From positions 186,001-250,000 of the forward strand of contig NW_019028994.1 of assembly GCF_002105155.1 (NCBI RefSeq): DNA of 64,000 bases, read 5' to 3'. This document shows positions 43,119-55,842 of the stretch, piece by piece; position 1 is the first letter of the stretch, and each line of letters begins with the position of its first letter. Source of the stretch: Lobosporangium transversale (Eukaryota). The notes beneath the pieces were generated by a model. It worked only from the letters and a program-made list of their open reading frames with translations, was not told where the DNA came from and made no database searches. Both the position numbers and the translations under genes were made by a program.

Positions 43119-44185
43119 ACAAATACTAGGGAATTGATCAACAAATGAAACTCAAGTCCTCTTGTCCAAAATGGTTAGACGAGGTCAGTGGGCAGGATAT
43201 TGTTTACAAGCAAAAGAGACTGTATGAAAGCAAGTTTGCCCCCCAATTGGCCAAGAGTCTCAGTGCTACTTTTGGTATCAATATCAGCGCCGAGGATGCC
43301 TCGACGATCTACAGGCTGTGTGGGTTTGAAGTTTCGATTTACGATGAGGCATCGACCTGGTGCCAGATGCTGCTTCCTCTCGGTACTGATAAGACCAGCA
43401 AGGAGGGCTCTCATGCCGGTGATGAGGAGCGGTACATCAACTTTTTGAACTTTGAAATCGCAACTGATTTGGAAAAGTATTATATCAACGGCCCTGGTGT
43501 GCCTTTCAATCGTGAGATGGGATGTAAGCTGGGCTCATCACTTGTTCAGACAATTGACTTGGTTCTTTCCGATTCCACTGATAAACCTCGGCTTCCTGAA
43601 GATGATGAAGGCGGAGCAAATATCCCCCATCATGGGCACTTCAAGTTTGGTCATTCCGAGACGATCATATTCTTTTCAACTTTCTTGGTAAGGGGAGGTT
43701 TTTTTTTTTTCTTGTTCTCAACGCTCCAGTCATGTGTATAATAACTATATATGATAGCAGTAAGATCTTTATTATATATATATATATATATGTTTTTCCT
43801 TCTTCTTCTTCACCAGAACCTCTACAACCAAAGCGGCGCCATTTTGACCGGCAATTTGACTGCTGAGCAATATGAGAAGCGTGAGTTCCGCTCTAGCCTG
43901 ATTTCGCCCTTCTCTGCCAATATGGCATTCGAGGTGTACAAACCCAAGACTATGCAGTCCAAGACTGGTTCTCCTCATGGGCTGGTTCGTTTACTCGTGA
44001 ATGAGAAGCCTCACCTGATTCCTGGCTGTGGTTCGTCCATGTTCTGTGATTGGTCTTTGTTCAAGGACATCTTGATTCAACGTGGCACTGGATGTGACTT
44101 TGAAGCTTGCTGTAGCACATCCAAATCAACCTTCACGGTTGCTTCTAATGTGACATGTCCTTCGACTACCCCTATTGTCACTTGA
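41945..44185 (+). CDS. Histidine acid phosphatase clade 2 (MINPP1/phytase-like), paralog A, N-terminal TM anchor
   Basis: LGTKTPY, RH|GTRYP split by an intron, FRSSVKPRSSQSA, FGHSET, PFSANMAFE and VRLLVNE. Confidence 0.9.
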
Positions 44186-44693
44186 AAAAAACGAAAGTTG
44201 GATTTCGGCAGATCCCTTTGTATGTATACATACAGTTATATGTGTATAATACATGTACGCTTCCCGGAAAAAATACAGCTTATGGCTTATGCAGTAAATT
44301 TATTTATATATATTTATTTGCATTTATTACTTTACACAAATAAATATTAAAATTGATTTCTCTCCTTTTTCCTGGGTGTCCATTAAACTTTTTTTTTACC
44401 AGTGCTCATTATTCTTTGTCTATTTGTGTAAATGGATACAGGTAGAGTGCATGGATATATAAATGTACTAAAATGTATATATCTACATGGGTAAACAAAA
44501 ATGGATAAAAATGCTCATGTCCTTGCATGGTGAACACTAAAAAAAGGAACTGGAAACTAAAAAAGAGGGTAACAAGATCGAGACGGTGGGAGGCAACTAA
44601 GTTCATTCGAGACCATCGGCAACAGATAAGCAGTGAAATGAAAGCTCCAGACTCCCCCAACTTACAGACTAGTGCCCATATGTTTATGAGGAA

Positions 44694-44745
<52 letters not shown>

Positions 44746-45051
44746 AATAAGCATATCTTCATGGATGTGATGATTGGGGTTACAGAAAGCGAAAAAAGAG
44801 GATATGTAGCGCACCCGTTACTACTGCTATTTCTTTTTCCAATTTACAGAGAAAAAAATTAGACATAAACACCTGATAGTATTTGGGAAGCTGACATGCT
44901 TACTGTCTTCATTGATTATAACATCCAGAAAACATTTTCAGTAATTTTGCACAATATCTTTTTTCTTTTATGTGAAGGATATTATTTTTGGATAAGTAAG
45001 GATTACGGAATTATTAAACGGGATATACTAATACAATGAAGGTTGCCTAAT

Positions 45052-45679
45052 TTAAAGCATGTAAACGGCCGACAAAAGGACACCAGCAGCACCAAGAACG
45101 ATAGATGCCTTGTTTCCGTTTGCGCTGCTGGGCAGGGTAGAAGGCGAGCTACCGGCAGGAGCGGATGTGCGTGCGGGAGTGCCAGCAGGGGCAGTGGTGG
45201 GAGCACCAGTGGGGACACCAGCGGGGGCAGTAGTGGGAGCACCAGTAGGAACACCAGTAGGGGCGCCAGTGGGAGCACCGGACACTGTAGTGGATTTCGG
45301 AATTACAGGGGATGGAGTGAGAGCCAAGCAGCAATCACCAGCAGTGACGGAGACACAGATGGGTTGGCCTTCATCGAGGTTCGCGCAGTCGTCCCTAAGC
45401 TTCTCGTTCCATTTCTGAAGGTCCTGGAAGGTGACTCCATGTGCTTTAGCGAATGCAAGACAAGTTCCGGCATCAGCTGAAAACGGTTTTTGAACATTAA
45501 GACGGTTAGACAGAGAGGTCATTTTCACTTAAATAGATTGGTCGATATTGTACACACAGCGAACATGACATACGTGGGACGATGATAGACTTAGTGCAGT
45601 TCTTGACTGGAATGGGAACAACAGCCATGGCCTGGGAGGCAGCAAGGGCAAGGACAGCGAGAGAGAGAGAGAACTTCAT
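45052..45679 (-). CDS. Secreted, probably GPI-anchored LysM protein, paralog A (2 exons)
   Basis: Signal peptide MKFSLSLAVLALAASQAMA. Fungal LysM TCLAFAKAHGVTFQDLQKWNEKLRDDCANLDEGQPICV. GAPT/GVPT repeat stalk and hydrophobic C-terminus. Confidence 0.9.
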
Positions 45680-46113
45680 GATGTATTGTATGAGTTTGAG
45701 AAGGGTGTGTTCGCGACGAAGAGATGTGTAGGTGGAAAGTGCTAAGAGATTTTTTTGTCAAAAAAAAATGAGAAAAAAAGTGGAATGGATTGAGGATTGC
45801 AGGAAGAGGAGTAAGGATAAAGAAGGGAAAAAAGAAGAGAATGAGAAGGTCGAACTGGACGTTTTATAGCAGGAAAAAAGAATCCAGAAAAAGAATCAGT
45901 GTATAAATATACATATTTGTGTGCATTTGAAAGTAGGCTCTGGGTGAATTTCTTAGCGCGTGGACAAGGTCAGGTACCAATAAGCCAAATTAAGCGATGG
46001 CCATTGGACAGGCAGCCCTCATTTGGCAAGCATCGGATGTCTTTTATTTATATAATATCATTGTGGGTCTTGTGTAACCCCTGCACCAATATTCTTTTGC
46101 TCACATCGCGTTT

Positions 46114-48454
46114 GAATCTCGCCAAAAAGTCATAAACTGGATATATTTTTCAGGCTTTTAAATTGAATAGAATACTTCCACTTTTAGACGCAGGAAAAAT
46201 ACGTACAAACTCAAAATTTTAATTTTTACGAGAGCGTTTTCGATTGATAAGAGGCTCGTCCTCAGACTCGCTATCCTCTATCACATTAAACATGCTTCCA
46301 GCATCTAGCGTAAGATCCACTATCTCAGGGCCTAGGGTAACAGCTTCAGCTCGCTCTTGATTTAGTACTCTAATGAGTTCTGCATCCCACTCACTATTGT
46401 CGACTTTGAAAGTGTCACTAAGGTCCACAATAGGCTCGTTTTCATCAAAAACCTCTTGATAAACCTCTTCGACTATTTCTTCCTGTGCATGACTCCTCTC
46501 GTTATAGTATCTCATGCCAATTTTCACAGACTTCTTCCATACAGAGTAAAAGACTTTACACGGAATCTGGGAAAACAAGCTTAGTAGCCTTTTTTTCAGC
46601 AAGATGGATGTCATTGTCACCATTGCTCTCGAGGCAATTATGTTTTTCACAACTGCCCAGATCTTCTCAATAGGTTGTAGCTCGCAATGGTAGGGTGGAG
46701 TCTTGAGGATTTCATGTCCACCATTCTCCTGGGCTATTTTACTGATAGAGAAATACGACTCATCAGGAAGAGCGTTAACCAATTCCATAAGCTCGTTTTT
46801 GTTCAGTGCTTTTCCATTTTCCCTTGTTGGAATAACAATCTCCTTGCCCGTGAGCCACTCTTTGATAGTTTTCACAGTGTCGCTCTTGGTTGGTTTCCTG
46901 TTTTTCTTGTGAAAGTGATATGAAGCGCCATCAAGATGGATTTTACAAGGGCCAAGTCCCATCTTATTGAGATTCTCACAAAGTCGCTTAAAGATACTAT
47001 CGAACAAACTAGCGTTGAAGTTTCCATGATAATCGTGATCTGTTGCCACGACCCCTGCATTCCTGATCTCCTCAGGTACGTCATCCCACAGTTCAGCCTC
47101 CTGCTCTTGGCCTTTTTTTGATTGAGGCTTTGGTCCCTTTGATGGCCAAACATACACGCTATCATTAACGAATTTGCCTTCAACCTTTTTAGCAGCTTCA
47201 TCATAATATACAATGAAGGCTGCAAATATAACCATGATTGGTTTCCTTCCTGCATCGTTAATGACATCACCGCCACTTTGCACCCAACGTCTTGCTGCAG
47301 CATGGTCAATGTGGCAGTAAGACTCGTCCAAGAAGACCTCTGGAGTCCTAGGCACCCAACTGCCGTCTACTAGTTTTAAATTCTTAAGACGGCGCTTCAG
47401 GTAAGTAGCTCGGAAGGCAATATTCTCCTTGGAGTCGTGCAAAAAGTTCTGTCGGATCCCTTTGCCCCAATACAGTCCCATTTTACGGAGGTCGCGAGTG
47501 ATTGATCTTGCTGATCTGTCGATTTCAAAGTCTTCTTTCAGTTGGTTTGCAATTAAACCCGCAGAATTAGGAGTCCCGCTCTTGTTTGATTCAACTATGA
47601 TATTCAGCACCTTCGAGTTTAAATCCTTGTCCGCTTCTTTTTTAGGGCGTCCAGTTCTTCCTCGCCCTGTCATTTCGACGATGCCTGTTTGTGCATATTT
47701 AATTGCTGCCACACAAGTGTTTCTCCCTACACCCATCAGAATCGAAAGGTCCATTGCTCTGTTGTCTGTCTTCTTAAACCAGTCTTGGACTGCTGGTGGC
47801 GCATTCATTATAGCATTATATGTATGAGCTATTATCGCGTATTCGTCTTTAGTAACGGACGCTTTACTGCGTGTAAATGCCTTTTTTCTCTCTCCAGTTT
47901 GTTTGTCTGACAAGAATGGATTTAAATCGAGGGTATTGGGACGCTCACCGAATTGCTCTAATGAGGTAGAACTCCTTGGCTCGTTTCTGGGAGGAGTAAT
48001 CCATTGATATTCGGTAGGAGACCTAATAGGGGAGAGATCGGCTTCAGTGGGCAGTTGTGGCGATCTTCGAGGCGGAGTGAAGGGTGTGCCTGAAATCATT
48101 TGGTCGATATTTCCTTCGCTATACCAACCACCAAGATCGTTGTATGAGAGTAGGTTATTGATATCAAAAGGGAAAGACATTTTACTATCTGAAGATTGCG
48201 AATAAAGTAGGTTGACAATGAGGATGAGATCGAGAATGAGATTGAGAATGATGTTGCCCATTTCTCGCAAATTCTAATATTTCTAATTAAAAACGAAGAT
48301 TGAATTGGTTTGGTGGTCATGCATCTAATTCATTCCTTCTATTCAAAAAATATATGCATTTTTGTCTTCGTACGTAAATTTTTATTTTTCAAATTTTTAA
48401 TTCAAATTGAGTATTGTAAAATATATCCAGTTTATGACTTTTTGGCGAGGACTC
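46114..48454 (-). mobile_element. IS630-Tc1-mariner DNA transposon with TIRs and intact transposase ORF
   Basis: Perfect 32-bp inverted repeat CTCGCCAAAAAGTCATAAACTGGATATATTTT at 46118-46149 and 48418-48449. The right end continues GACTC followed by TA. The left terminal bases are diverged. Confidence 0.92.
46219..48180 (-). CDS. DDE transposase with long D-E spacer (DD87E), intronless, ~653 aa
   Basis: GRPKK + HTH region, VFLDESY (D1), IHLDGASYH (D2) and PPYHCELQPIEKIW (E). 87 residues counted between D2 and E. First ATG at 48180. Confidence 0.92.
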   Translation of the reverse strand: MSFPFDINNLLSYNDLGGWYSEGNIDQMISGTPFTPPRRSPQLPTEADLSPIRSPTEYQWITPPRNEPRSSTSLEQFGERPNTLDLNPFLSDKQTGERKKAFTRSKASVTKDEYAIIAHTYNAIMNAPPAVQDWFKKTDNRAMDLSILMGVGRNTCVAAIKYAQTGIVEMTGRGRTGRPKKEADKDLNSKVLNIIVESNKSGTPNSAGLIANQLKEDFEIDRSARSITRDLRKMGLYWGKGIRQNFLHDSKENIAFRATYLKRRLKNLKLVDGSWVPRTPEVFLDESYCHIDHAAARRWVQSGGDVINDAGRKPIMVIFAAFIVYYDEAAKKVEGKFVNDSVYVWPSKGPKPQSKKGQEQEAELWDDVPEEIRNAGVVATDHDYHGNFNASLFDSIFKRLCENLNKMGLGPCKIHLDGASYHFHKKNRKPTKSDTVKTIKEWLTGKEIVIPTRENGKALNKNELMELVNALPDESYFSISKIAQENGGHEILKTPPYHCELQPIEKIWAVVKNIIASRAMVTMTSILLKKRLLSLFSQIPCKVFYSVWKKSVKIGMRYYNERSHAQEEIVEEVYQEVFDENEPIVDLSDTFKVDNSEWDAELIRVLNQERAEAVTLGPEIVDLTLDAGSMFNVIEDSESEDEPLINRKRSRKN

Positions 48455-49336
48455 TAGTATTCATTTGGAGATCAACTCCAGCCGGACTAGTAAACCAGGA
48501 AGTAATAATGGTCCTCGACTTTTTTAAGGCGCATCTTTGATAATCTAGCTTAGGTACTCTCTAATATTATCAAAAATAAAAATGGCCATCTTACTCTTCT
48601 TTTTTCTTTTTTAATAATCACCCCCCTGTTTCCCGTGGTCTTCTCTTCTTTATAATTTGACAAGTGTGACAGATAAGCAACTGAAGCAACGAAAGCCTCA
48701 AAAAGCAATACCTTTGACGTTTACTCAATCCTCCATACAAAATCACTTTAGAACCTTAATTACAGAATGTCAAATTCACTTTCTGATCCTGATGAGCTAT
48801 TTTTTTTTTCAGCCCTAAAAAAATTGTTGCTCTGGTAATCTTGGAAAATAATTTGAGTTAGACGAATAACAATGGTTCAGTTTCATTTTGGCTTTTGGTT
48901 TACATTTTCTATCGTATTCATTTATCAGAGAATGAACAAAATGGAACTCCCAGAATCATTATTTGAGAGCACAGAGCATTTTTTTATTTTTTGGAGCATG
49001 ATGATAGAGAGGTTCAACTATGGACATTAACGCCCAGCGCTCCGTATCAACCGCCCTTCTCTCATTTCCTTTAATTGTATGCATCGTAGTTTATTGAAAA
49101 GAACATGTCGGATTGAAGATTAAGGCTTGCTGGTAATTAGGTGGTGACATCTAATGATGAAGGGTATGGTTTGTTGGTTATAATTTAAACGGTGGGGAAG
49201 CGATGATAGACTTTGAAATGCTTTAGGACAGTTTCTGTTGAAATATATGAACCAACAGGGCTCTCTACCCTTCAAAAGTCCTAGTTCATCATGCATTACC
49301 ATCCCCTTTTTCCCGCACATGCGATAGCGATGATGC

Positions 49337-50006
49337 TTAAAGCATGTAAACAGCCGAGAGCAAGACACCAGCAGCTGCCAGAATCATAGAGCCCTTGGAG
49401 CTAGCAGCACTGCTTGGCGCGCCGGCGGTGGTGGTAGCAGATGCAGGTGGGGTTGTCACAGTCCTGGGAGCACCGGTGGTGGTGGTAGTGACGACGGGAG
49501 CCCCGGTTGGTTGGACAGGGAGGCCTGTGGTAGAGACGCCACCAGTGGGAACACCAGTGGGAACACCAGTGGGAACACTTGTAGGAGCAGTAGGAACACC
49601 AGTTGCAGGGCTGGTGGCTACTGGAATTTCAGGAGATGGAGTAAGTTGCAAACAGCAGTCGCCCTTAGTGACAGAGACACAGATGGGATGGTTTACATCG
49701 AGGTTTTCGCAATCATCCCTAAGCTTCTCATTCCATTTAAGGAGATCGTCGAAGGTGACACCATGGCGTTTAGCGAATTCAATGCAACCATCTTTGTCGT
49801 TTTCTATCAAAGGTGGATTATAAAAATGTTGTAAGAATCTCTTAACTATATTCATACTCATCATTGTAGCTCTGCTGAGAAGTATAAGTAGAAAACATAC
49901 CTGTGACGATAACAGATTTGGTGCACTCCTTGATTGGCTTGGGAACGACAGCCATGGCCTGGGAGGCAGCAAGGGCAAGCACAACGGCAGAGAAAGTGAA
50001 CTTCAT
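49337..50006 (-). CDS. Secreted, probably GPI-anchored LysM protein, paralog B (2 exons)
   Basis: MKFTFSAVVLALAASQAMAVVPKP. LysM GCIEFAKRHGVTFDDLLKWNEKLRDDCENLDVNHPICV. T/P-rich stalk and the same C-terminus AAGVLLSAVYML as paralog A. Confidence 0.9.
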
Positions 50007-51074
50007 GATGTTAGATGGAACGTAAAGGAGTAAGTTTGAAAGGGAGCGAGGGATAGAGGTGTTGTTGTTGCTGAGGGTCTTGAAGGAAGGGGAGGGTGAG
50101 ATCTGAAGTAAAAAAAAAAAAAAAAAATTGATGTGCCACTCCATTTTATATGACTTGCAAATCCGCGCCTCGGGGCTGTTGAAAAGTGTAAAATGTTTAT
50201 TCCTTCATCGTTCGTCATCTGGTTGTTTTGGTTGGTTATTGACAGTTACCGAGAAATCAACCATATCTTTACAGCATGGTGACCGCAGAGCCCTACTGTT
50301 TAAGATTACAGAGGACAATCTTTTTTGCATGAACACAAGCTAACTACAATCATATATATATATATATATATCCCTTGGTCCCTCTTTAGCTCAACATTCT
50401 GTGATTTTGCTTAGTGCATTTCATGTGCTCATGCCTAGAATCTGTAAACTTACCGAAATTTAACAAATTGCTCTCCTCAACTTCATTTTGTCTGACAGCC
50501 CTGAACAGACTCTCCATTTGGGTGGTTACACTGCATTTTTGAAATGAACTTGACTAATATCTAAAAATACATCTATGATTAGCAAAGGGCCAATCAGTCC
50601 AAGGAATGTGTGATAGGATTCAAGAAAGCTGGGAAAAGACAGAAAATAGATTTCCGTTCTTCACAGTTATTCTTAAGTTCATATCTGGACAAAGATAGGT
50701 CTATTAAACATGCTTTTTCTTCTTTTTTCCAGAAACTTCCCCTTGTTCTGTTGAGCCTTTCAGCAAGATTTCTTCCACGAGAGCCTCACATGTTCTCCAC
50801 CAATGCTTCATTTTTGAGCACTAAAAGCAGCGTCGCATGGTTATCCGAAAGTCCATTCTCATTTCTGTGCTACAACGCTGGACAAGAAGAGCGCAACAGG
50901 GACTCTAATGTTCTCATTCGTCTCACAAGGCTAACAAGGATTACTTTAAGTTTTTTTTTTTTTTTTTTTTTTTTTTTCATTTATTACGAGATTTTATATT
51001 CTATTAAATGGATTATGTGTTGTACAATTATGAATGAAATGATCCGCATTGAAACAGAAAAAAAGGAGAGAAGC

Positions 51075-52044
51075 TTAGAATCCAAGAGTGTCGTTCACAA
51101 GAACAACCTGAATACGATTGGGGTTAAAGGGGTTAGCCTTGCGGATTACTTCATAGTTGACAATGGCAGAAGCAGGAACACCGTAAGCATCCCGGGCACG
51201 TGCACTCTCCGCAGCAAGCGCAAATTCATTAGTACGCTTCCAAGCCTCATCCTCATCTTTGACAATCTTGTTGGTTCCAACAACAACAATCACGTTGGCG
51301 GCTCCAAAGGCAACGCCACCGACTTTGGAGCCAGAAAGGTCAGCATGAGCCAATTTGCCATCCTCAGTAACGGCGCTCATTGAAGTCAAATAGTAATCGA
51401 CAGTTGTACCGATGGTACGGCGAAGCTCAGCCTGCTTGGCCATGTCTTTCTCGGCAAGAATCTGGGCATGAACATTGCTCCATCCACTGTAGTATTAAAT
51501 AACATATTAGAAAATGTATTAGCATGACATACGTCGACGTTAAAGGATGACCAAGGATTTGAATTTGCAACTACAAAACAAAAGCTTACGTTTCGCCTTT
51601 AAGGTAGGTAATGAATCCAATCTCCTCAAGAGTAGTTGAATGAGCATTGTTGACGCTGGCCCCAGCGGGGATCAGGCCTTTGAGAGTCTCGAATGCTTCT
51701 CCACAGCTGTTGACGAGGTGGACTTTGAAGCCATTAGCCTCAAGGGCAGCTTTAGCAGCATCCACGCACTCAGCGTTAGCAGGTTTAGTGTAGTGATGAT
51801 CAGCGAGAGCAGCTAACTGAGCGTCAGACTTTACAAGCGCTGCAAAAGTGTGGTTGACATGAGTGTTCTCAGGATGAGATAGAGCGCGCGGGGTCTGAGC
51901 AGTAGTAGAAGCAACGACGGTAGCAATTGGGGCAGTGACGGCAGTCGTGACAGCAGCTGAAGTTGGAGCGATAGCTTTCTTTGTAGAACTCTTTTTTGTG
52001 TCTGGCTTGAAAGCGTTCTTGATCTTTTTGATAAGGGAAGGCAT
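51075..52044 (-). CDS. LUD-domain (LutC/YkgG, DUF162) protein, 2 exons
   Basis: ALEANGFKVHLV...GASVNNAHSTTLEEIG, YYLTSMSAVTEDGKL, VAFGAANVIVVVGTNKIVKD. One intron GTAAGC...CAG joins in frame (GET|GWSNVH). Confidence 0.8.
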
Positions 52045-53426
52045 GATAGAGATTGTACGAGTTGTGCTAATGAAAGGATAGTAATAGGCTATAGTAACAA
52101 TGACAGTTGATGTTGCAGTCGAGTAGATTGAATGAAATGTATCCGAAGTTGGTAATTTTCGTTTGGCTGTTGAGGGATCGCGGCAACTTTTATAGTTTTT
52201 GCTTTTTGCATTGACTTAAAGTTCGCATGGATTTCTCATCTTCGATTTGAAATCAATAATACAACTGGATGTGGCTTGAAACCCTGATTTTCAATCCTAC
52301 AAGCTGAGACTGAATAGCTTATGCTTAATTGTCAAACTGTTGCTGGACTATTTATATAATATCGTTGGATTATTTTATTTCAATTCATTCGGACCTGACT
52401 TACTTAATTTACAGCCTGATCGGCCCCGATCTACAACATTACACCTTAATTTAAGTTGAAAAGTGGCTTAATTCGCTTGTATTCTATTTATTAATCCAGT
52501 AGATGAACCATATCAAACGCATGCAACCTCACAGGCAACCTACCTGAGACGTGGACACTTTATTGGATCAAAGCATTAGACATGTACCCAGCACTGTCCT
52601 ATATTGATTCAAAATGGACTTCGAAGGTAGATATTGGTGGTCTCTATGCTTTGAAAATCAAAGAGCATCTGCAAAATATGCTGGTTCGAGAAAGTTATAT
52701 TTGGGTGGTCATCATTAATAATCACCAACAAGGTTCCAAGAGTTTATTCTGAAGACTTTTAATCCAAACCCTCAGCTGTGCCAAACAGTCAAACAGCCAC
52801 TGAAACGTTGAAAACATATAAAAACAATAACTTGCTAACTACTATCCAAGAATAATGAATATTGCTTCGTCCCAAAGAGAACCCCAAGTGAATTGGACTC
52901 AATTGGAGAAAACAAGGGTATGTGATGTTGCATTGCCATATTACACATCGATGCTTGTACAGTGTTGGTGCTATTTCGGAATGGATTTATTTTTTTTTTA
53001 TTTTTATTTTTTACTGAAGGAAGATAAAGACATTACGACATTACATTGCGCAAATACTCCTCGTCAAGGATAGCCTTGCTTCTTTGCGACTTATGGCCCT
53101 CACTTCTGCTCTACTGAGACCAGACTCCTTCACATCATTTACTTCTCTCTCACTGTCGTTCCCATTCCACTCAAGGAATTCATCAAAATTTTTGATCCAG
53201 GTCACAAACAGCCACGATGATTTGTAAGCACAGGCATCATTAGCATGCTTATACAACCTTGTTTACTTTATTTGAATTATTATTCACACTACCATGAATG
53301 GTACACCTCCCAATACCTTCTCGCGTAGAACTCGAAGTCGCGTACTGTACATGTACAGGGGTCTTCGCTAAATATGGTAAATATATTTGCAGAATGGTGT
53401 AATTTGGATAATCAAAAGACACTATT

Positions 53427-55775
53427 TTATTCAGTTACAGGTTCCACTGATGGGCAAAACGGAACATCCAAAGTATCCTTGCTCAAGATATCTGAAGAGT
53501 TTAGACTAGTGCAGCAGCCCTCAAAATCACATCCCGAGCCGGCCTGCTGAAGGATTTTCTTGAATGTCGACCACTCGCAAAAGTATCCTGATCCACAACC
53601 AGGAATGATCATAGGCTCTTCATTTACAAGTAATCGAATCAAACCTCTCGGAGTCTCTGCCTCTGTCATGAAATGAGCCTGAACTGAGTCTTTGTCATAA
53701 ACAAGGCGTCGCTTTCTGCGCACCTCTCCGTCATTAGGTCGAAACACCTCAAACGCCATGTTGGAAGCAAACTGCGAGAGCTTACTTGACCTGAATTCCC
53801 TCTTTGCATATTCTTCTGGGGTCATGTCTCCTCGCAAAGGGATCTTCTTTTGATCGTACAAGCCCTAGTGCCAAAAGTAAGCGTTAGCATCTTGACTTGA
53901 AATGAATTGTAGTAAAAGGAATAAAAAGAAGCGCCATTAGTAGACTCAGCCAATAAAAAGAAAAGCAACATACCAGGAAGCTAGAAAAGAAAAAAATGGT
54001 TTCCGAATGACCAAACTTGAAGACCCCTCGAAATAGACCCAACCTTTCATCATCATTATCGCCCCCTTGCTTGCCACTGTAAGGATGGCCCGCTTCCTGA
54101 CCTAGAGCTGCCTCAATCGAATTGAAAAGTGTCGTCCCGAGGATGCAGCCTAGATGTCTATTGAACGGTATGCCTGGACCAAAGGTATAGTAATCTTCTA
54201 AATCTTTGACAATCTCCATATTCAGGAAGCTTAATTTGGGACCATAGGCTTTGCTAGCTGATGACTCAACATTGACAGCCTTCCTCAAGAGTTGACACCA
54301 GGTTTGGTCGTTGTTATAAGACGCTACTTCGAACGCGCACATGTCATAGATTGTCATCACATCTTTTGTCGTGACGTTACTTTGCTTAGACCCGTTCCGT
54401 GAAGTTAATAATGTCGACATCTGTTCTGCAAGTTTTGGTAAAAATTTTGCTTGAAAGGTCTGTACCTCGCGCAAGACACTTGGCCCATATCTGACACTCT
54501 TGAGCCATCTAGGGCATGCATACTTGACAGCAAGCTCCCTATCGAGGCCCTAAAGACGACAAGCATATTCGATAGTTATACAACTTATTCATTATATGTA
54601 TATCGGTCACTGGACAAGGATGCAAGACTGAGGATTCGGTGTCTGGACCTACGATTGGAGTGGTAAACATGTCGATAGGTTGAGTCGGAGGGTAGTCCTC
54701 CACTCCTGGGTCGTTCACCAGACGTCCCTCAAGAAGGCCGACAGAAAAGGCATATGCTGATTGGCTGCATCGCGACTTGGCGGAACTCTGGAATTGAAAT
54801 GTTTTGGCATCGTAGGGATATCGGTCAAGGAATTCCTTGTACCTGACTGCGAAACGCCGCCCGATCCGATACAAGTCTGAATCACCTTTTGGCGATAAAA
54901 GGTTCCCTTTGGCGACAGGATACAGTGTCTCGCTTGGCTTCGATAGTTATACCGCGAATAAGAATAAATTAGGTACTTTCATAAAATAACCAAGGAGGTT
55001 TGTACAGGCTTTAGTTAGAAGCAGTCATGCTACTTACCCAGTTCCGTAGCCACTCAAAGCCAGGAACATCAAGCAATCTTAGTCTTTCGGTCATTTTTTG
55101 GAATGAAATTGCATTGGATGAGCTTGGGTACCTCGTTCCTAGCGATCAAAGTGATTGTTAAGATGTACACATGATCTTTTTTAAAATATTTCGACTGAAT
55201 TGGAAAGATGCCTCGCCTCATGAACCGTACCATGTCGACATATCTAGATAAAGGTGACACGGTGGAAACTGTCAATCATTGATCTCAGGGTTAAAGTTGA
55301 AAGGGCAATCTATTGTATGAGCAAAAGAAAAAATGAGTAGCCATACCAAATGTAACTGGGTGAGTTCATAACCTTCAGGAGTATCATTCAACGGTCCTAT
55401 TGGTCGATCTTCATGTGGGTATGGCGATTTTGTGCCCAAATGTCGGCGAAGCCAATTTAAGGAAAGTGATGAATCATCTCCGTAGTTGATATGAGGATGA
55501 CCGTCTACACTTTTCTGCATCACCGTCTCAAACTCTGTGGACTTCGGACCTGTTAGAGGAATGGTCCAGCGGTTTGTAGATTTGGACGCCGAGAATGTAG
55601 ACATATTGCTGGGATCTTCAAGATGATGGAGCTCTCCTATCCTTTTAGAAGATCTCCATTCATGTGATCGTGAAGCCAAACTTGACACCGACAAAAGCTC
55701 AAAGACAAAAAATGAGGACAGAGTAAGGAGAGTAAAGCATGTGCATAGAGGCCGCAGGAAACTTTGTGCCACCAT
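53427..55775 (-). CDS. Histidine acid phosphatase clade 2 (MINPP1/phytase-like), paralog B
   Basis: LGTKSPYPHEDRP, RH|GTRYP with the same intron as paralog A, FQSSAKSRCSQSA, FGHSET, FASNMAFE and IRLLVNE. Confidence 0.9.
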
Positions 55776-55809
55776 TTTCGTTCGGGACTATGGCTAGCAA
55801 GATGTGCGC

Positions 55810-55842
<33 letters not shown>

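Noticed and set aside
46114..48454. Transposon as the direct cause of the inverted duplication
   Set aside because: The intact ORF and perfect TIR cores imply recent insertion, whereas the arms are highly diverged. The DNA flanking the element is not inverted-repeated.
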